In this document: positions 63,441-64,000 of the stretch, in pieces | Numbering within the stretch: position 1 is the stretch's first letter | Layout: every line of letters starts with the position of its first letter | NCBI RefSeq assembly: GCF_006345805.1 | Contig: NC_043011.1 | Location: forward strand, 11,346,001-11,410,000 | Origin: Octopus sinensis | Taxonomy: Eukaryota | DNA: 64,000 bases | Reading direction: 5' to 3' | Program-made: the position numbers and the translations under genes | The notes under the pieces: model-generated | Told to the model about the DNA's origin: nothing | Seen by the model: only the letters and a program-made list of their open reading frames with translations | Databases searched by the model: none

Positions 63441-64000
63441 GCAAATAAGGTCAAGCAAATGGAAGTCTCCAGGAAAGGATAAAATCCCTAACTTTTGGTT
63501 GAATGCCTTCCCAGAGAGCCATGAACTGCTAGCAGAACTTTACAATGATGTTTTGCAACACCCTAGTAGGATGCCTCCTTGGCTAGTTAATGGGTTAACA
63601 TTCCTGCTTCCAAAAAGTGAAGAAACAAATGAACCCAAAAACTATAGACCCATAACCTGCTTAACAACTATGTATAAAACACTAACATCTGTCCTGACGG
63701 AATATACCTATAGTTTTTTGACAGACAGCAGCATATTCCCTAATGAACAGAAAGGATGTAAACGTGGATCCTACGGTTGTAAAGATCAACTACTCATCAA
63801 TAAGATGATCTTAGAAGATTGTCACAAACGACACAAAAACTTATCAATAGCCTGGATAGACTATAAAAAGGCTTTTGATAGCCTACCACATAGCTGGATT
63901 AATAAATGCCTAGAAATGTATAAGATAGCACCTGCTCTGCGAAACTTTTTGTCTGTAAGTATGAGATCATGGAGAACCACACTAACTTGAACAGTGACAA
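63440..64000 (+). mobile_element. Dong/R4-clade LINE, 5'-truncated RT region (runs off the window)
   Basis: ORF 63499-63990 contains KNYRPITCLTTMYK...EQKGCKRGSYGCKDQLLINK...AWIDYKKAFDSLPHSWI. Confidence 0.88.

Overview
AT-rich, microsatellite-dense eukaryotic genomic DNA. The SINE families and repeat landscape look like an octopus/coleoid cephalopod, which is inference from pattern recognition only. The window holds one clear host gene, an uninterrupted 5,049-bp minus-strand ORF (13467-18515, 1682 aa) encoding an atypical receptor guanylyl cyclase. Its domains are a signal peptide, about 3 Ig-like beta repeats, an ANF/Venus-flytrap domain, 3 EGF repeats, a TM helix, a kinase-homology domain, a dimerisation helix and a cyclase domain. 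The cyclase keeps the metal-binding 'C1/alpha-side' residues but has lost the 'C2/beta-side' residues (Cys, Asn, Arg, Lys). This suggests a half-site subunit that needs a heterodimer partner. Almost everything else is transposon-derived: Penelope-like, RTE (one full-length copy with TSD), L1/Tx1 (one near-full-length copy in an (AAT)n tract), Dong/R4, HERO and CRE LINE fragments, mariner/Tc1, hAT, a non-autonomous Helitron, MITEs and three SINE families (called A, B and C here). It also includes a SINE-mediated 1,072-bp tandem duplication. No rRNA, genuine tRNA or CRISPR array was seen. Repeat boundaries are approximate unless TIRs or TSDs are quoted.
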